Assembly (NCBI GenBank): GCA_913009895.1 | Contig: CAJVXY010000002.1 | Coordinates: 93,279-157,278, forward strand | DNA: 64,000 bases | Origin: an uncultured Acidiferrobacteraceae bacterium | GTDB taxonomy: Bacteria > Pseudomonadota > Gammaproteobacteria > Acidiferrobacterales > SZUA-150 | Reading direction: 5' to 3' | Shown here: positions 38,784-49,374 of the stretch, one piece after another | Position numbering within the stretch: the first letter of the stretch is position 1 | Layout: every line of letters starts with the position of its first letter | The notes under the pieces: generated by a model | The model's database searches: none | What the model was told of the DNA's origin: nothing | The model's input: the letters and a program-made list of their open reading frames with translations, nothing else | Made by a program: the position numbers and the translations under genes

Positions 38784-39672
38784 AGATAATAATACAGTTA
38801 CCATTGAAAATTTTCTGGATGTTATCTGGACTGAACATGGCTTGAGCCAGAACACCCTATCGGCTTATCGTTGTGATTTACAGGGTTATGCCGACTGGTT
38901 ATCTACAAATGGCGCAACACTTATTGATGTAACCCGTGAGCAGTTACTGAAATACATCGCCGATGTAAGTAAAAAAATGCAAGTCCGTACAAGCGCCAGA
39001 AAATTATCCAGCTTGCGACGTTTTTACGGTTATTTATTGCAGCAAGGTTTACGCGAGACAGATCCAACCACAGACATCGATGCACCAAAACTGGATCAAC
39101 CCTTACCAAAAACACTATCTGAATCACAAATAGACGATTTACTGGCTGCGCCGGATGTTGCAGACGCATTAGGCTTGCGTGATCGCGCCATGCTTGAGAC
39201 GTTATATGCAACCGGGTTGCGGGTGACCGAGTTAATCAGTTTGCCTGTCAATCAGGTTAATCTGGATGCGGGGGTGATACGTGTCATGGGCAAGGGCAGC
39301 AAGGAACGCCTGGTGCCCTTGGGTGATGAGGCGGTGCATTGGTTAAATGCTTATGTTAAAAAATCACGACCAGACATATTAAATGGCCGGGTTAGTGATT
39401 CACTGTTTATAACCCAGCGCGGTAAAGCTATCTCCCGCCAGGGATTTTGGTATTTGGTAAAACGTTATGCGGTTAAGGCTGGTATCCATGAGTCCTTGTC
39501 ACCCCATGTTTTGCGCCATGCGTTTGCAACCCATTTACTGAATCATGGTGCAGATTTAAGGGTAGTTCAGTTATTGCTGGGCCATTCAAGTTTATCTACC
39601 ACCCAAATATATACCCACGTTGCCACGGAACGATTAAAAAAATTACATTCCGTGCATCATCCGAGGGGATAA
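38767..39672 (+). CDS. xerD: Tyrosine recombinase XerD
   Basis: SAYRCDL...LRRFY, ATGLRVTEL, HVLRHAFATHLL and LLGHSSLSTTQIYTHV. The track ORF starts at 38638 inside ogt. ATG 38767 (MSKDNKDNNT) gives the usual ~300 aa. Confidence 0.9.
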   Translation: MSKDNKDNNTVTIENFLDVIWTEHGLSQNTLSAYRCDLQGYADWLSTNGATLIDVTREQLLKYIADVSKKMQVRTSARKLSSLRRFYGYLLQQGLRETDPTTDIDAPKLDQPLPKTLSESQIDDLLAAPDVADALGLRDRAMLETLYATGLRVTELISLPVNQVNLDAGVIRVMGKGSKERLVPLGDEAVHWLNAYVKKSRPDILNGRVSDSLFITQRGKAISRQGFWYLVKRYAVKAGIHESLSPHVLRHAFATHLLNHGADLRVVQLLLGHSSLSTTQIYTHVATERLKKLHSVHHPRG

Positions 39673-39721
39673 ATGCTGGACTAACAGCGGATAGAAGAAG
39701 TGTGGTTGGAGAAGGTTGGTT

Positions 39722-40444
39722 TTAGTGGTAAGTGTGTTTAGTACGGCTATGACTGCCGGTTTCGTTCAAAAGAAAAACATCTATTCCGGAAATATTCCTG
39801 AACCCCAAAATCATTGCAGTTTTTTGTATCAGGGATTGCCAATCTATTGATTGTATTTTTCGACGCAAGAGTACATTGAGCTCGTTGGTCAGGATATTAT
39901 GTTCAAGTTTAAGTGTTTTCAGTGACAGAAAATAATCAACTGACATGTATGCCAGCACACCAATGCCAAGCTTGATAAACCAGAGTGCGTTACCCGCTAT
40001 CATCCAGGTAAGCAAACCGGCAATTACCAGGAAAAAAGTGACCAGGCCGTAACTGATAGATCTCGTCCTGGCATCCTGGTTGGTCTTTATTTGTTTTCGC
40101 AGGCTGCGCTCTTGTTTACGGCTGCGCTCATTATGCGAGTGTTGCAAATCACGAAAAATACTCATCAATTTTGTTAAACGGCCTATGTGCCTGTCATTCT
40201 TTAGCCCGAAAATATTGATGGCATTGGTGACCGCCTCATTAAACTGTTGCAAGCCATGTTTGACCTGCCCGGGATTACGATCATCAATCGCCTGGTTTAA
40301 AGTCGCTCGCAGTTCCAGGACATCAGCTACTTCAATTGGGAAGTGTAACCCGAGAATCTGACGATAGTATTGAACGAATGTATCCTGCCCCAATTGTTGC
40401 TGGGCGAGATCATCACTATGGTGAATTTCATTTTTCATATTCAT
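39722..40444 (-). CDS. Hypothetical membrane protein (soluble helical N-domain plus two TM helices)
   Basis: 240 aa. Basic stretch ERSRKQERSLRKQIKTNQDARTR followed by two hydrophobic helices. No family recognised. Confidence 0.4.
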   Translation of the reverse strand: MNMKNEIHHSDDLAQQQLGQDTFVQYYRQILGLHFPIEVADVLELRATLNQAIDDRNPGQVKHGLQQFNEAVTNAINIFGLKNDRHIGRLTKLMSIFRDLQHSHNERSRKQERSLRKQIKTNQDARTRSISYGLVTFFLVIAGLLTWMIAGNALWFIKLGIGVLAYMSVDYFLSLKTLKLEHNILTNELNVLLRRKIQSIDWQSLIQKTAMILGFRNISGIDVFLLNETGSHSRTKHTYH

Positions 40445-40559
40445 TGTTCGGCTTCCCTGCGCAAATTAATTGTCAGATTTCTTGATCCTCAACGCTTAAT
40501 TATAGCAGTAATTTGAGGGAGTTATAGTGTTTTGATAGTGACATTTCTTGGCGCCAGGG

Positions 40560-42572
40560 CTAACCATTGTCCAGCAACGCCCTGATATTTGACAGGTAGG
40601 TATTACCCCGTTGTTGTTTCTCTTTTTCATCAACCGCTGTCTTGTGAACCCAGTTTAAATCATCTTCTGGTAGCTCCGTTAAAAACCTGCTCGGTTCACA
40701 AGCGATTTGTTCACCATGTTTTTTTCTTGAAGTTGCATAGGAAAGGTTTAGTCTTTTTTGGGCGCGGGTGATGCCTACATAAGCCAAACGGCGTTCCTCG
40801 CTAATACCATCAGTATCCTGGCAGGCATGATGGGGCAATATGTTTTCCTCCATTCCGACGAGATACACATTCGGAAATTCCAGGCCCTTGGCAGCATGTA
40901 AGGTCATCAGGGATACCCGGTTATCTTCTCCCTTGTTTTCATCGCCGTCCAGGGTTCCCATCAAAAGAATATGAGATACAATTTTGGACAAGCTCTCCTT
41001 GTGACCCAGGTGTGAAACCCAGGACCTTAGCTCACCAATGGATTCGATACGTCTTTTAACGGCCTTGTCGTCCTGGTTTAATTCCCGCAGCCAATTTATA
41101 TAATCGACATCCTCAAGCAGCCTGTTAATTATATTTTCAGCGGACTCGGTTTCAGATTGTTCAGAAATGTCATCAAGCCATTGAATAAATTGTTTTAGCC
41201 TTGCCTGTGATTTACTGTTGTTCAGGCCAATTTTTTCAGACTCCCGGGATGCGGCCACCATTGCCAACCCGTTTTCTGAAGCATATCTTCCCAGCTGGCT
41301 TAGGGTTTTGGTGCCGATATGGCGTCGAGGGGTATTAATAACACGTAAAAAAGCGGCATCATCATCGGGGTTGGTTATTAATCTTAAATAACCCAGAATG
41401 TCTTTAATTTCAGAGCGCTCAAAAAATGAAGTGCCACCACTCAGGTAGTAGGGAATATTATTCTCAGCCAACACCTTTTCAAATACCCGCGATTGATGGT
41501 TGCTTCGATAAAGAATGGCATAGTCCCTGAATTGACGCCGATGCCGAAATATCTGGTACTGGATATCTGAAACAACTTTTTCGGCTTCCTGAACGTCAGA
41601 CTTTGTTTCCAGGACATTTATTTGATCGCCATAACCCAATGTACTCCAGAGTTTTTTATCAAAAATATGTTCGTTATTATCGATAAGCTGGTTGGCCGCC
41701 TTTAAAATACGACCTGTTGACCGATAATTCTGTTCAAGCTTGATCACATGCAAATCAGAAAAATCATCGGCTAACAAACCAAGATTTTCTGGCTGGGCAC
41801 CGCGCCAGGTGTAGATAGACTGATCGTCGTCCCCAACCACGGTCAGGCATGGCCTGTTGCCAGTAATAATTTTTACCAGTTCATATTGACACTTGTTTGT
41901 GTCCTGGTATTCATCAACCAGTAAATATTGAATTTTTTCTTGCCATTTACTGCGTAGCTGGGAATCTTCCAGTAATTTCCTGACGGGCAAATAAATCAGG
42001 TCATCAAAGTCCAGGACATTATAGGCTTGCAGGGTGTTTACATACTCCGGAAAAATTTTAGCGGCAAGGTGTGCGTCCGGGTTATTGGCATGTTCTGTCA
42101 GCGCCTGGTCCGGGTTGATAAGACCGCCTTTCCAGTTCGAGATGTTTTGGTGCACGGCATAAATAATTTGTTTGTCACCACTTTGGGCTAGCGGTAACAG
42201 GTTTTTAATAATCGTCCGACTGTCTTCACCATCAATAATATTGAAGCCTTTACGCAGGCCAAATTCTTTTTGATGGGCTGATATGATTTTCAGGCCAAGG
42301 GCATGAAAGGTGCAAATGGTCACCGCTTCAGATGCACTGGTTTTACCATAACCAGTTGTAGATATAATCCTGCCCCGCATTTCCTTAGCCGCCTTGTTGG
42401 TAAAGGTGACTGCAAAAATAGTTTCCGGCTGGACGGCACACTTTTCCATGAGCCAGCAAATCTTGCGGGTAATTACGGTCGTTTTACCACTGCCAGCGCC
42501 AGCCAGAACCAGTAGCGGTGACTCGGTATGGCGAACGGCTTCTTTTTGCGGGGAATTAAGGCCTGATAACAC
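40560..42572 (-). CDS. rep: ATP-dependent DNA helicase Rep (UvrD/Rep SF1 family)
   Basis: LLVLAGAGSGKTTVITRKI, AVTFTNKAAKEM, LLVDEYQDTN, VGDDDQSIYTWRGA, LEQNYRST and LMTLHAAKGLEF. Length (670 aa) and N-terminus fit Rep better than UvrD. Confidence 0.88.
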   Translation of the reverse strand: MLSGLNSPQKEAVRHTESPLLVLAGAGSGKTTVITRKICWLMEKCAVQPETIFAVTFTNKAAKEMRGRIISTTGYGKTSASEAVTICTFHALGLKIISAHQKEFGLRKGFNIIDGEDSRTIIKNLLPLAQSGDKQIIYAVHQNISNWKGGLINPDQALTEHANNPDAHLAAKIFPEYVNTLQAYNVLDFDDLIYLPVRKLLEDSQLRSKWQEKIQYLLVDEYQDTNKCQYELVKIITGNRPCLTVVGDDDQSIYTWRGAQPENLGLLADDFSDLHVIKLEQNYRSTGRILKAANQLIDNNEHIFDKKLWSTLGYGDQINVLETKSDVQEAEKVVSDIQYQIFRHRRQFRDYAILYRSNHQSRVFEKVLAENNIPYYLSGGTSFFERSEIKDILGYLRLITNPDDDAAFLRVINTPRRHIGTKTLSQLGRYASENGLAMVAASRESEKIGLNNSKSQARLKQFIQWLDDISEQSETESAENIINRLLEDVDYINWLRELNQDDKAVKRRIESIGELRSWVSHLGHKESLSKIVSHILLMGTLDGDENKGEDNRVSLMTLHAAKGLEFPNVYLVGMEENILPHHACQDTDGISEERRLAYVGITRAQKRLNLSYATSRKKHGEQIACEPSRFLTELPEDDLNWVHKTAVDEKEKQQRGNTYLSNIRALLDNG

Positions 42573-42757
42573 TGTGTGTCTTTATTAAATCAATCTATTT
42601 ATGTTTCGATGGCGGGGGAGTCTACCTGTTCGAATCATAAAGATGTAGATTGATTTTTTTATGTTTATGTGGTTTTGCTGTTCTGATTATTTAGAATTTC
42701 TGCTTCTATACATCTTCGAGCTTCACTAAGTTATCACCTAATGGCACACTACCAGTT

Positions 42758-44257
42758 GTGAATAGCAGTAAAATATTGAACCTGGTAGCGTCTAAAATAC
42801 CAAAAACCTCAAAGTTAACCGCGAGGTTTTTCTTGCCATGGCTGGTTGTGGTGATTAGCAGTACACCTGTTTATGCGCAGCCCTCAGCAACAAGTCAGTT
42901 CAAGAAAATTGCCAGGAATTACGGCATTAACGCTGGCAGTGTTAGTGTATACCTGAAAAAAATCGGTGATCAGAAACCATTTCTTGCCTGGAATGCCGAT
43001 GCCCCCAGGAATCCCGCTTCAACAATAAAAATATTAACCACATTTGTTGCCCTCACGGAGCTGGGTCCAAATTACAAATGGAAAACAGAAAGTTATAGTC
43101 GAGCTTTGCCAGTCGAGGGTGCTATCGATGATTTGTACCTGAAGGGTTATGGCGATCCTTACCTTATAACTGAAAATTTTTGGCGCTTGATTCGTGGTAT
43201 TAAAAACAATGGTTTGCAGTATATAAGAGGTGACCTGGTTCTGGACAAAAGTTTTTTCGAGCGTATAAAAAACAATCCGGCAGATTTCGATGGCCGACCT
43301 TCACGCTCCTATAACGTTAATCCGACTGCATTGTTATTAAATTTTCAATCCATAAACTATAAATTCCGGCCCGATGCACTCAATCAACGCATCAAAATAA
43401 TCCCTGACCCTGATACCGGCGCAAAGATAATTAACAAGGTTAAATTATCAGGCGGCCGTTGTGGCGCCTGGAAAAGAAAAATAAAACTCAAGAATGGGGA
43501 TTCTGATAAAACAGTATTCAAGGGGCGTTTTGCCTCGTCCTGTGGCGAACGTGGTTATTATCGTGTGGCAACGAATGGGTCACAATTTATCTATGGCGTT
43601 TTTAAAAAATTATGGCAGGAGCAGGGCGGTACCCTGGATGGCCAGTGGCAAGAGGCCGTGGTGCCTGAAGGTGCAAAACTGTTACATACCCATTATTCGC
43701 CACCCATGAGCAATGTAGTCCGGGCGATTAACAAGTACAGCAATAATGTCATGACTCGCCAATTGTTATTAACATTGGGCGCTGAGAAAATAGGATTGCC
43801 TGGCACCGTCGACAAGGGCAGGACTGTGATCAATGACTGGCTGGAGGAGAAAGGTTTTAATTTCCCCGAGCTGGTTATCGAGAATGGCGCCGGCTTGTCT
43901 CGCAAGACCCGGATCTCGGCCAGGCATATGGGGGAGTTGCTGGCGTATGCTTATCGTGATCCCCGTATGCCTGAATTTATGTCCTCTTTACCCATCGCAT
44001 CATACGATGGCACTTTACAGAAAAGGTTTGCCGGAACTGCCCTGGAGGGACGATTACATCTCAAGACCGGGTTGCTGGATGATGTTCGCGCATCGGCGGG
44101 TTATCTCCTGGATAATAACGCGCAACGATGGGTCGTTGTGATACAGCACAATGACCGCAACGCACCGCAACGGGTCGGCCAACGTTTTCAGGATGCGATA
44201 CTGCGCTGGGTCTATATGCAGACCTTGCCAGGCAACGGCGAAGACTTAATCTATTAA
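42758..44257 (+). CDS. dacB: D-alanyl-D-alanine carboxypeptidase/endopeptidase (PBP4)
   Basis: SxxK motif PASTIKILTT, the NKYSNN region, the KTG motif HLKTGLL, and a signal peptide. Confidence 0.85.
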   Translation: MNSSKILNLVASKIPKTSKLTARFFLPWLVVVISSTPVYAQPSATSQFKKIARNYGINAGSVSVYLKKIGDQKPFLAWNADAPRNPASTIKILTTFVALTELGPNYKWKTESYSRALPVEGAIDDLYLKGYGDPYLITENFWRLIRGIKNNGLQYIRGDLVLDKSFFERIKNNPADFDGRPSRSYNVNPTALLLNFQSINYKFRPDALNQRIKIIPDPDTGAKIINKVKLSGGRCGAWKRKIKLKNGDSDKTVFKGRFASSCGERGYYRVATNGSQFIYGVFKKLWQEQGGTLDGQWQEAVVPEGAKLLHTHYSPPMSNVVRAINKYSNNVMTRQLLLTLGAEKIGLPGTVDKGRTVINDWLEEKGFNFPELVIENGAGLSRKTRISARHMGELLAYAYRDPRMPEFMSSLPIASYDGTLQKRFAGTALEGRLHLKTGLLDDVRASAGYLLDNNAQRWVVVIQHNDRNAPQRVGQRFQDAILRWVYMQTLPGNGEDLIY

Positions 44258-44525
44258 CGGGAATTTTGGTCTTTTGTTTATATATTATTGAACTATAAGC
44301 ATCGATATGATGCGATTTAGCGTCTATTTTCTCCTAAAAGCAGCTAATTCACAAAAAAATGATAAACCGCAGTATTTTCAACTTAGGGCTGCGTTTATGG
44401 CCTGCAAAGACTATCATGGATAGGTTCTGAATCTATGCCACGCTTCAGGGTCTTATCAAATGTATGCCAAAAGCTGGCGCCAATAACTAAAACCAATAAA
44501 AATTAAAAGAAATGAGGATAAGGAA

Positions 44526-45806
44526 ATGACCAGATATGTAACTGCCAGTATCACCAAAAAGAAAAAGGAGGGTGTATTGCCAATTATGGAAGGCACCCTG
44601 GGGCCTGATGCAGTAGATATCACGAGCATGTATAGCCAGCAGGGTATATTGGCCTTTGATCCCGGTTTTCGTTCAACCGCTTCCTGTCAGAGTGCCATCA
44701 CTTTTGTTGATGGTGAAAAAGGGATTTTGCTTTATCGGGGTTACCCCATTGAGCAATTGGCCGAAAAAGCCAGTTACCTGGAAGTCGTTTACCTGCTGAT
44801 GTTTGGAGAGCTGCCAAGCCAGGAAGAAATGGACATTTTCAGGCAACGTGTCACACATTTTAATATGTTGCATGAGCAAGTCCTCGATTTTTATAAAGGC
44901 TTCCGCCGAGATGCCCACCCGATGGCGGTCATGGTCGGCGTTGTGGGCGCCTTGTCGGCTTTTTATCACGATCACATGGATATCAATGACCCGGAACAGC
45001 GGATTAACGCGGCTATCAGGCTGGTTGCCAAAATGCCAATGATCGCCGCCTCCAGCTATAACTACAATATTGGTGCGCCTCATCGTTATCCAAGAAATGC
45101 ATTGGGTTATGGGGAAAATTTCCTGCACATGATGTTCGGCATGCCCAGTGAGGATTATGAGGTTGAGCCGGTGCTGGCCAGGGCCATGGAAAGTATTTTT
45201 ATACTCCATGCGGATCACGAACAAAATGCTTCTACCTCAACTGTGCGTCTGGCTGCATCTTCGGGCGCCAACCCGTTTGCCTGTATCGCCGCCGGCATTG
45301 CCAGTCTTTGGGGACCTGCTCATGGCGGTGCCAATGAAGCGGTCCTGAAAATGTTAGGAGAGATTGGTGACGTGAAAAATATCCCAAAGGCGATCGCGCG
45401 CGCCAAAGACAAGAATGATTCTTTTCGGCTCATGGGCTTTGGGCATCGGGTTTACAAAAATTTTGATCCCCGTTCACGGGTCATCCAGAAAACAGCCAAA
45501 GAGGTGCTGGACTATCTTGGCACCGATGATCCGATGCTGGAAATTGCCATGCGCCTGGAAGAAATTGCCCTCAGTGACGAGTATTTTATTGAAAGAAAAC
45601 TTTACCCGAATGTAGATTTTTATTCTGGCATCCTGCTCAAGGCGATGAAATTTCCAACCACCATGTTCACAGCCATTTTTGCCCTGGCCCGTACCTCGGG
45701 GTGGGTTAGTCAGTGGCTGGAATTACATGAGCAGAGCAGCCATGGTATCGACAGACCGCGCCAGTTATATATCGGTAAACCAAAGAGGGACTATCCGGAA
45801 AAGTAG
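44526..45806 (+). CDS. gltA: Citrate synthase (type II)
   Basis: [16 protein letters not shown] and [13 protein letters not shown]. Confidence 0.95.
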   Translation: MTRYVTASITKKKKEGVLPIMEGTLGPDAVDITSMYSQQGILAFDPGFRSTASCQSAITFVDGEKGILLYRGYPIEQLAEKASYLEVVYLLMFGELPSQEEMDIFRQRVTHFNMLHEQVLDFYKGFRRDAHPMAVMVGVVGALSAFYHDHMDINDPEQRINAAIRLVAKMPMIAASSYNYNIGAPHRYPRNALGYGENFLHMMFGMPSEDYEVEPVLARAMESIFILHADHEQNASTSTVRLAASSGANPFACIAAGIASLWGPAHGGANEAVLKMLGEIGDVKNIPKAIARAKDKNDSFRLMGFGHRVYKNFDPRSRVIQKTAKEVLDYLGTDDPMLEIAMRLEEIALSDEYFIERKLYPNVDFYSGILLKAMKFPTTMFTAIFALARTSGWVSQWLELHEQSSHGIDRPRQLYIGKPKRDYPEK

Positions 45807-45835
45807 TAGTGCGGGTACGTTAGTTGAGCAGTGGG

Positions 45836-46732
45836 TTATTTGCCAAAACGTTTTGTTAACACGCCATAGGCATCAATGCGACGATCACGAAAAAAAGTCC
45901 AGATCCGGCGCACTGACTCAGTACGGCCAAGGTCGATTTCCGAGGTTAATATTTGTGCTTTTTTGCCAGCAGCCTGGGCCAGTATTTCTCCCTGGGGACC
46001 GGTGATGAAGCTGTGGCCCCAAAAATCTATCCCCTTACTTTGCCCGGAGCCATCTGGTTCGTGACCCGTACGATTGCAGCATATTAATGGCAGGTTATTA
46101 GCAATGGCATGGGATTGTTGAATGATTCGCCAGCTATTTAGTTGCCGTGTTTTTTCAGCATCATCATCGTCCGGGTCCCAGCCAATGGCCGTTGGGTAAA
46201 TCAACATTTCTGCGCCATTTAATGCCATACAACGGGCCGCCTCCGGGTACCACTGATCCCAGCAAACCATGACACCCAGTTTTCCAACTGATGTTTTGAT
46301 TGGTTTAAATTCATTATCGCCAGGGGTAAAGTAATATTTTTCAGAATAACCGGGGTCATCTGGTATATGCATTTTCCGGTAACAGCCTGCCAGGCTGCCA
46401 TCACTATCCAGGACGACTGCGGTATTGTGGTAAATACCGGCCGCACGTTTTTCAAACACCGAACCGACGATGACAATCTTGTGTTCTTTTGCCACAGACG
46501 ATAATTTTTCTGTAACGGGGCCGGGTATGGTTTCCGCCAGATCAAAGTTTTCAGTATTTTCTGACTGGCAAAAATATATATTCGCATGTAATTCTTGCAG
46601 TATGACCAGCTGGGCGCCTGTTTGTGCGGCGTTTTTAATTTCGGCAATACTTTTGGCCAGGTTATTTTCCTGATTCTCGGAACAATTTTGCTGAACCAGG
46701 GCGACTTTGATTTTTTTTGATTTTATTTTCAT
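45836..46732 (-). CDS. aguB: N-carbamoylputrescine amidase (C-N hydrolase family)
   Basis: VALVQ...LQELH..YFC, the catalytic Cys region GVMVCWDQWYPEAAR, and adjacency to aguA. Confidence 0.88.
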   Translation of the reverse strand: MKIKSKKIKVALVQQNCSENQENNLAKSIAEIKNAAQTGAQLVILQELHANIYFCQSENTENFDLAETIPGPVTEKLSSVAKEHKIVIVGSVFEKRAAGIYHNTAVVLDSDGSLAGCYRKMHIPDDPGYSEKYYFTPGDNEFKPIKTSVGKLGVMVCWDQWYPEAARCMALNGAEMLIYPTAIGWDPDDDDAEKTRQLNSWRIIQQSHAIANNLPLICCNRTGHEPDGSGQSKGIDFWGHSFITGPQGEILAQAAGKKAQILTSEIDLGRTESVRRIWTFFRDRRIDAYGVLTKRFGK

Positions 46733-46758
46733 GGCCTGTTGGTTAATAATAATTACTG

Positions 46759-47820
46759 TTAAAGCTTTAGCTGTTCAGGTAATTGCATGGTCACACAATG
46801 CAGGCTGCCGTGTTGCTGGATCAGGGGCAGACAATTTACCGGAATAATTTTACGCCCCGGAAACGCAGAAGCAAGATTTTCTTCGGCTATTTTGTCATTG
46901 GGGTCGTTGTAAGCAGGTAATAACACCGTGCCATTAATTACCATGAAATTTGCATAGGTTGCGGGTAGTTGCTGACCAGAGTTATCGTATATGGGTGCAG
47001 GCTGGGGTAATGGAATCAGGTGATAGGCCTGATTTTTAATGCTGGTGAAGGATTGTAATTCGGCCTCCATTTTCCGGAGCGATTCATAATCCGGGTTTTC
47101 CTGATTGGTGCATGTGACATATGCAATCGTATTGACATCGCAAAAGCGGGCGAGGGTATCAATATGGCCATCGGTATCGTCACCGGTTAACGCACCATGG
47201 CTTAACCAAAGAAATCTGGTGATGCCCAGATATTCCGAAAGTTTTATTTCAAGATCAATTTTCGTTAAACCGGGATTTCGTGTTTGCGCCAATAAACAAC
47301 TTTCCGTGGTGAGCAGGGTGCCAGCGCCATCTACCTCAATACTGCCACCCTCAAGCACAAGCTTGATTGATTCCATGGGGTGAGGCCCAAAGGTGTTTTG
47401 GGCGGAGAGCGTGCGGTTGATTTCATTGTCCAAATCGCTGGAGAATTTATTCCCCCAACCGTTAAACTGAAAGTCCAGTAACAGGGGTTCGTTCTGGCAC
47501 AATACAGTCAGGGGCCCATGGTCTCTTGCCCAGCTATCGTTTGATTCTGCCACGACGAAGCGCAGCTGGTTGACTAGTAAACCAGCCTCAAGGATGCAGG
47601 TTTTAATGTGGGCCATGTGGTTTTGGTTAAAACAGACAATAATGAGTTTTTCTACCCGGGCAATCGCCCTGGCGATCTCGATAAATACCTGCTCTGCCGC
47701 AGCCAGGTCTGGTGCCCAATCGGTTTTATGATGAGGCCAGGTGAGTAATACAGCACTTTGGGGCGCCCATTCGGGAGGCAGATAGGGTCGGCAGTCAGGA
47801 ATTGAAGGAGAGAGAGTCAA
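46759..47820 (-). CDS. aguA: Agmatine deiminase
   Basis: PPEWAPQSAVLLTWPH, DSWARDHGP, TDGHIDTLARF and C-terminal GSLHCVTMQLP. Confidence 0.9.
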   Translation of the reverse strand: MTLSPSIPDCRPYLPPEWAPQSAVLLTWPHHKTDWAPDLAAAEQVFIEIARAIARVEKLIIVCFNQNHMAHIKTCILEAGLLVNQLRFVVAESNDSWARDHGPLTVLCQNEPLLLDFQFNGWGNKFSSDLDNEINRTLSAQNTFGPHPMESIKLVLEGGSIEVDGAGTLLTTESCLLAQTRNPGLTKIDLEIKLSEYLGITRFLWLSHGALTGDDTDGHIDTLARFCDVNTIAYVTCTNQENPDYESLRKMEAELQSFTSIKNQAYHLIPLPQPAPIYDNSGQQLPATYANFMVINGTVLLPAYNDPNDKIAEENLASAFPGRKIIPVNCLPLIQQHGSLHCVTMQLPEQLKL

Positions 47821-47956
47821 GTCGAGTAATATAAATTATTGGTCTTCACAGGTACACTGAAAAAGAGTAGCGAGTAACTACGACTACAAGGATGTGGTCG
47901 GTAGAGCGACGCAGGACGCCAAAGCCGAGGAACTGGGAAAAGCTCCTGGCCACTCG

Positions 47957-48002
47957 TCCCTAGTCCCTAGTCCCTAGTCCCTAGTCCCTAGTCCCTAGTC
48001 CC
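47957..48002. repeat. Heptanucleotide tandem repeat (TCCCTAG)x6 plus a partial copy
   Basis: Six perfect consecutive copies read directly from the sequence. Located in the divergent aguA / DUF1015 intergenic region. Confidence 0.95.
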
Positions 48003-48109
48003 AAATGGCATAATTACCGGTTTGACCTGATCGAGCAAGCAGTTTTTAATGGCGCCCGCCAGCTTCAAGTTGGCCCCTGATTTGAGCTAAAAAAACCAAG
48101 GAACCAAGT

Positions 48110-49351
48110 ATGACATTAATACGACCTTTTACAGGTTTGCGACCAGCAACTGGCCGCGCTGACGATGTGGCAGCACCGCCCTATGACGTTTTGAATACTG
48201 AGGAGGCCCGGATCCGGGCAAAAGGCCGCCCTTGGAGTTTTCTGCATATTTCCCGGCCCGAGATTGATTTACCACCGGGCACCGACCAGTTTGCAGCCGA
48301 AGTTTACGCCAAGGGCAAAGAAAATTTTGATCACATGCTGGCTGAGGGCGTATTAGTAAGAGACGAAAAGCCCAGTTACTACTTCTATCGCCTGATCATG
48401 GGAGGACATACCCAGACAGGACTGGTGGCTGCCGCCTCGGTTGCCGATTACGATAGCAATCGTATTCGTAAACATGAGTTTACGCGACCGGACAAAGAGG
48501 ATGATCGGGTAAGACAGGTGGACACCCTGAATGCACAAACTGGTCCGGTATTTCTGACTTACCGACATTCTGATGTGATTGATCAAATGGCTTCGAAATA
48601 CCTGGCAAGTAATCCGGATGTAGACATCACCGCCGATGATAATGTGCAACATACGCTCTGGCCAGTTAGCGAAGATAACGACATTAAAATAATTACAGAC
48701 ACATTTGATGTCATGGATTGTTTGTATATTGCCGATGGCCATCATCGGTCAGCGGCCGCATCACGGGTTGCAGCCAGCCGCATAGAAACTAGCGCAAATC
48801 ATTCGGGTGATGAAAGTTATAACTACTTCCTGTCAGTTATTTTTCCTGATAATCAAATGCAGATTCTTGATTACAATCGGGTGATTAAGGATTTGAACGG
48901 CTTGTCACCAGAGACTTTTTTGCCAAAGTTGACACAGGCTTTTTCTGTTAAACCTGTCAGTGAGGAAGCAAAACCCGGGAAGGCTGGAGAGTTTGGCATG
49001 TACCTGGCAGGACAATGGTATAAACTAACTATCAACAAAGACCTTATCCCGGAAAACGATCCAGTAGGTCGTCTGGATATCTCGTTACTGGCCAATAATT
49101 TGATTGATCCCATACTGGGTATTAGTGATCCCCGGCGCGACAAACGAATTGATTTTGTCGGCGGGATTCGTGGCCTTAAAGAACTGGCCAGGCGGGTAGA
49201 CTCCGGTGAAATGGCCGTTGCCTTCGCTATTTATGCCACATCAATGCACGATTTAATGGCCGTTGCCGATGCCAACGAAGTGATGCCACCCAAGTCGACG
49301 TGGTTTGAACCCAAGCTGGCCGATGGCCTGGTATCCCATGTGCTTGATTGA
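48110..49351 (+). CDS. DUF1015 family protein
   Basis: N-terminal MTLIRPFTGLRPATGRADDVAAPPYDVL and YIADGHHR, as in DUF1015. Confidence 0.75.
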   Translation: MTLIRPFTGLRPATGRADDVAAPPYDVLNTEEARIRAKGRPWSFLHISRPEIDLPPGTDQFAAEVYAKGKENFDHMLAEGVLVRDEKPSYYFYRLIMGGHTQTGLVAAASVADYDSNRIRKHEFTRPDKEDDRVRQVDTLNAQTGPVFLTYRHSDVIDQMASKYLASNPDVDITADDNVQHTLWPVSEDNDIKIITDTFDVMDCLYIADGHHRSAAASRVAASRIETSANHSGDESYNYFLSVIFPDNQMQILDYNRVIKDLNGLSPETFLPKLTQAFSVKPVSEEAKPGKAGEFGMYLAGQWYKLTINKDLIPENDPVGRLDISLLANNLIDPILGISDPRRDKRIDFVGGIRGLKELARRVDSGEMAVAFAIYATSMHDLMAVADANEVMPPKSTWFEPKLADGLVSHVLD

Positions 49352-49374
49352 GTGATGAGTGCGATGGATTAGTC

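Noticed and set aside
38767-39672. The tyrosine recombinase as an integrase marking a mobile element or island boundary.
   Set aside because: Sequence and length fit chromosomal XerD. It is flanked by housekeeping genes (rplS, ogt, rep), and no tRNA, att-like repeats or phage or transposon genes are nearby.
47957-48002. The heptamer tract (and the 31846 hexamer tract) as a CRISPR array.
   Set aside because: The units are 6-7 bp, contiguous, and have no spacers. These are simple tandem repeats, not CRISPR.
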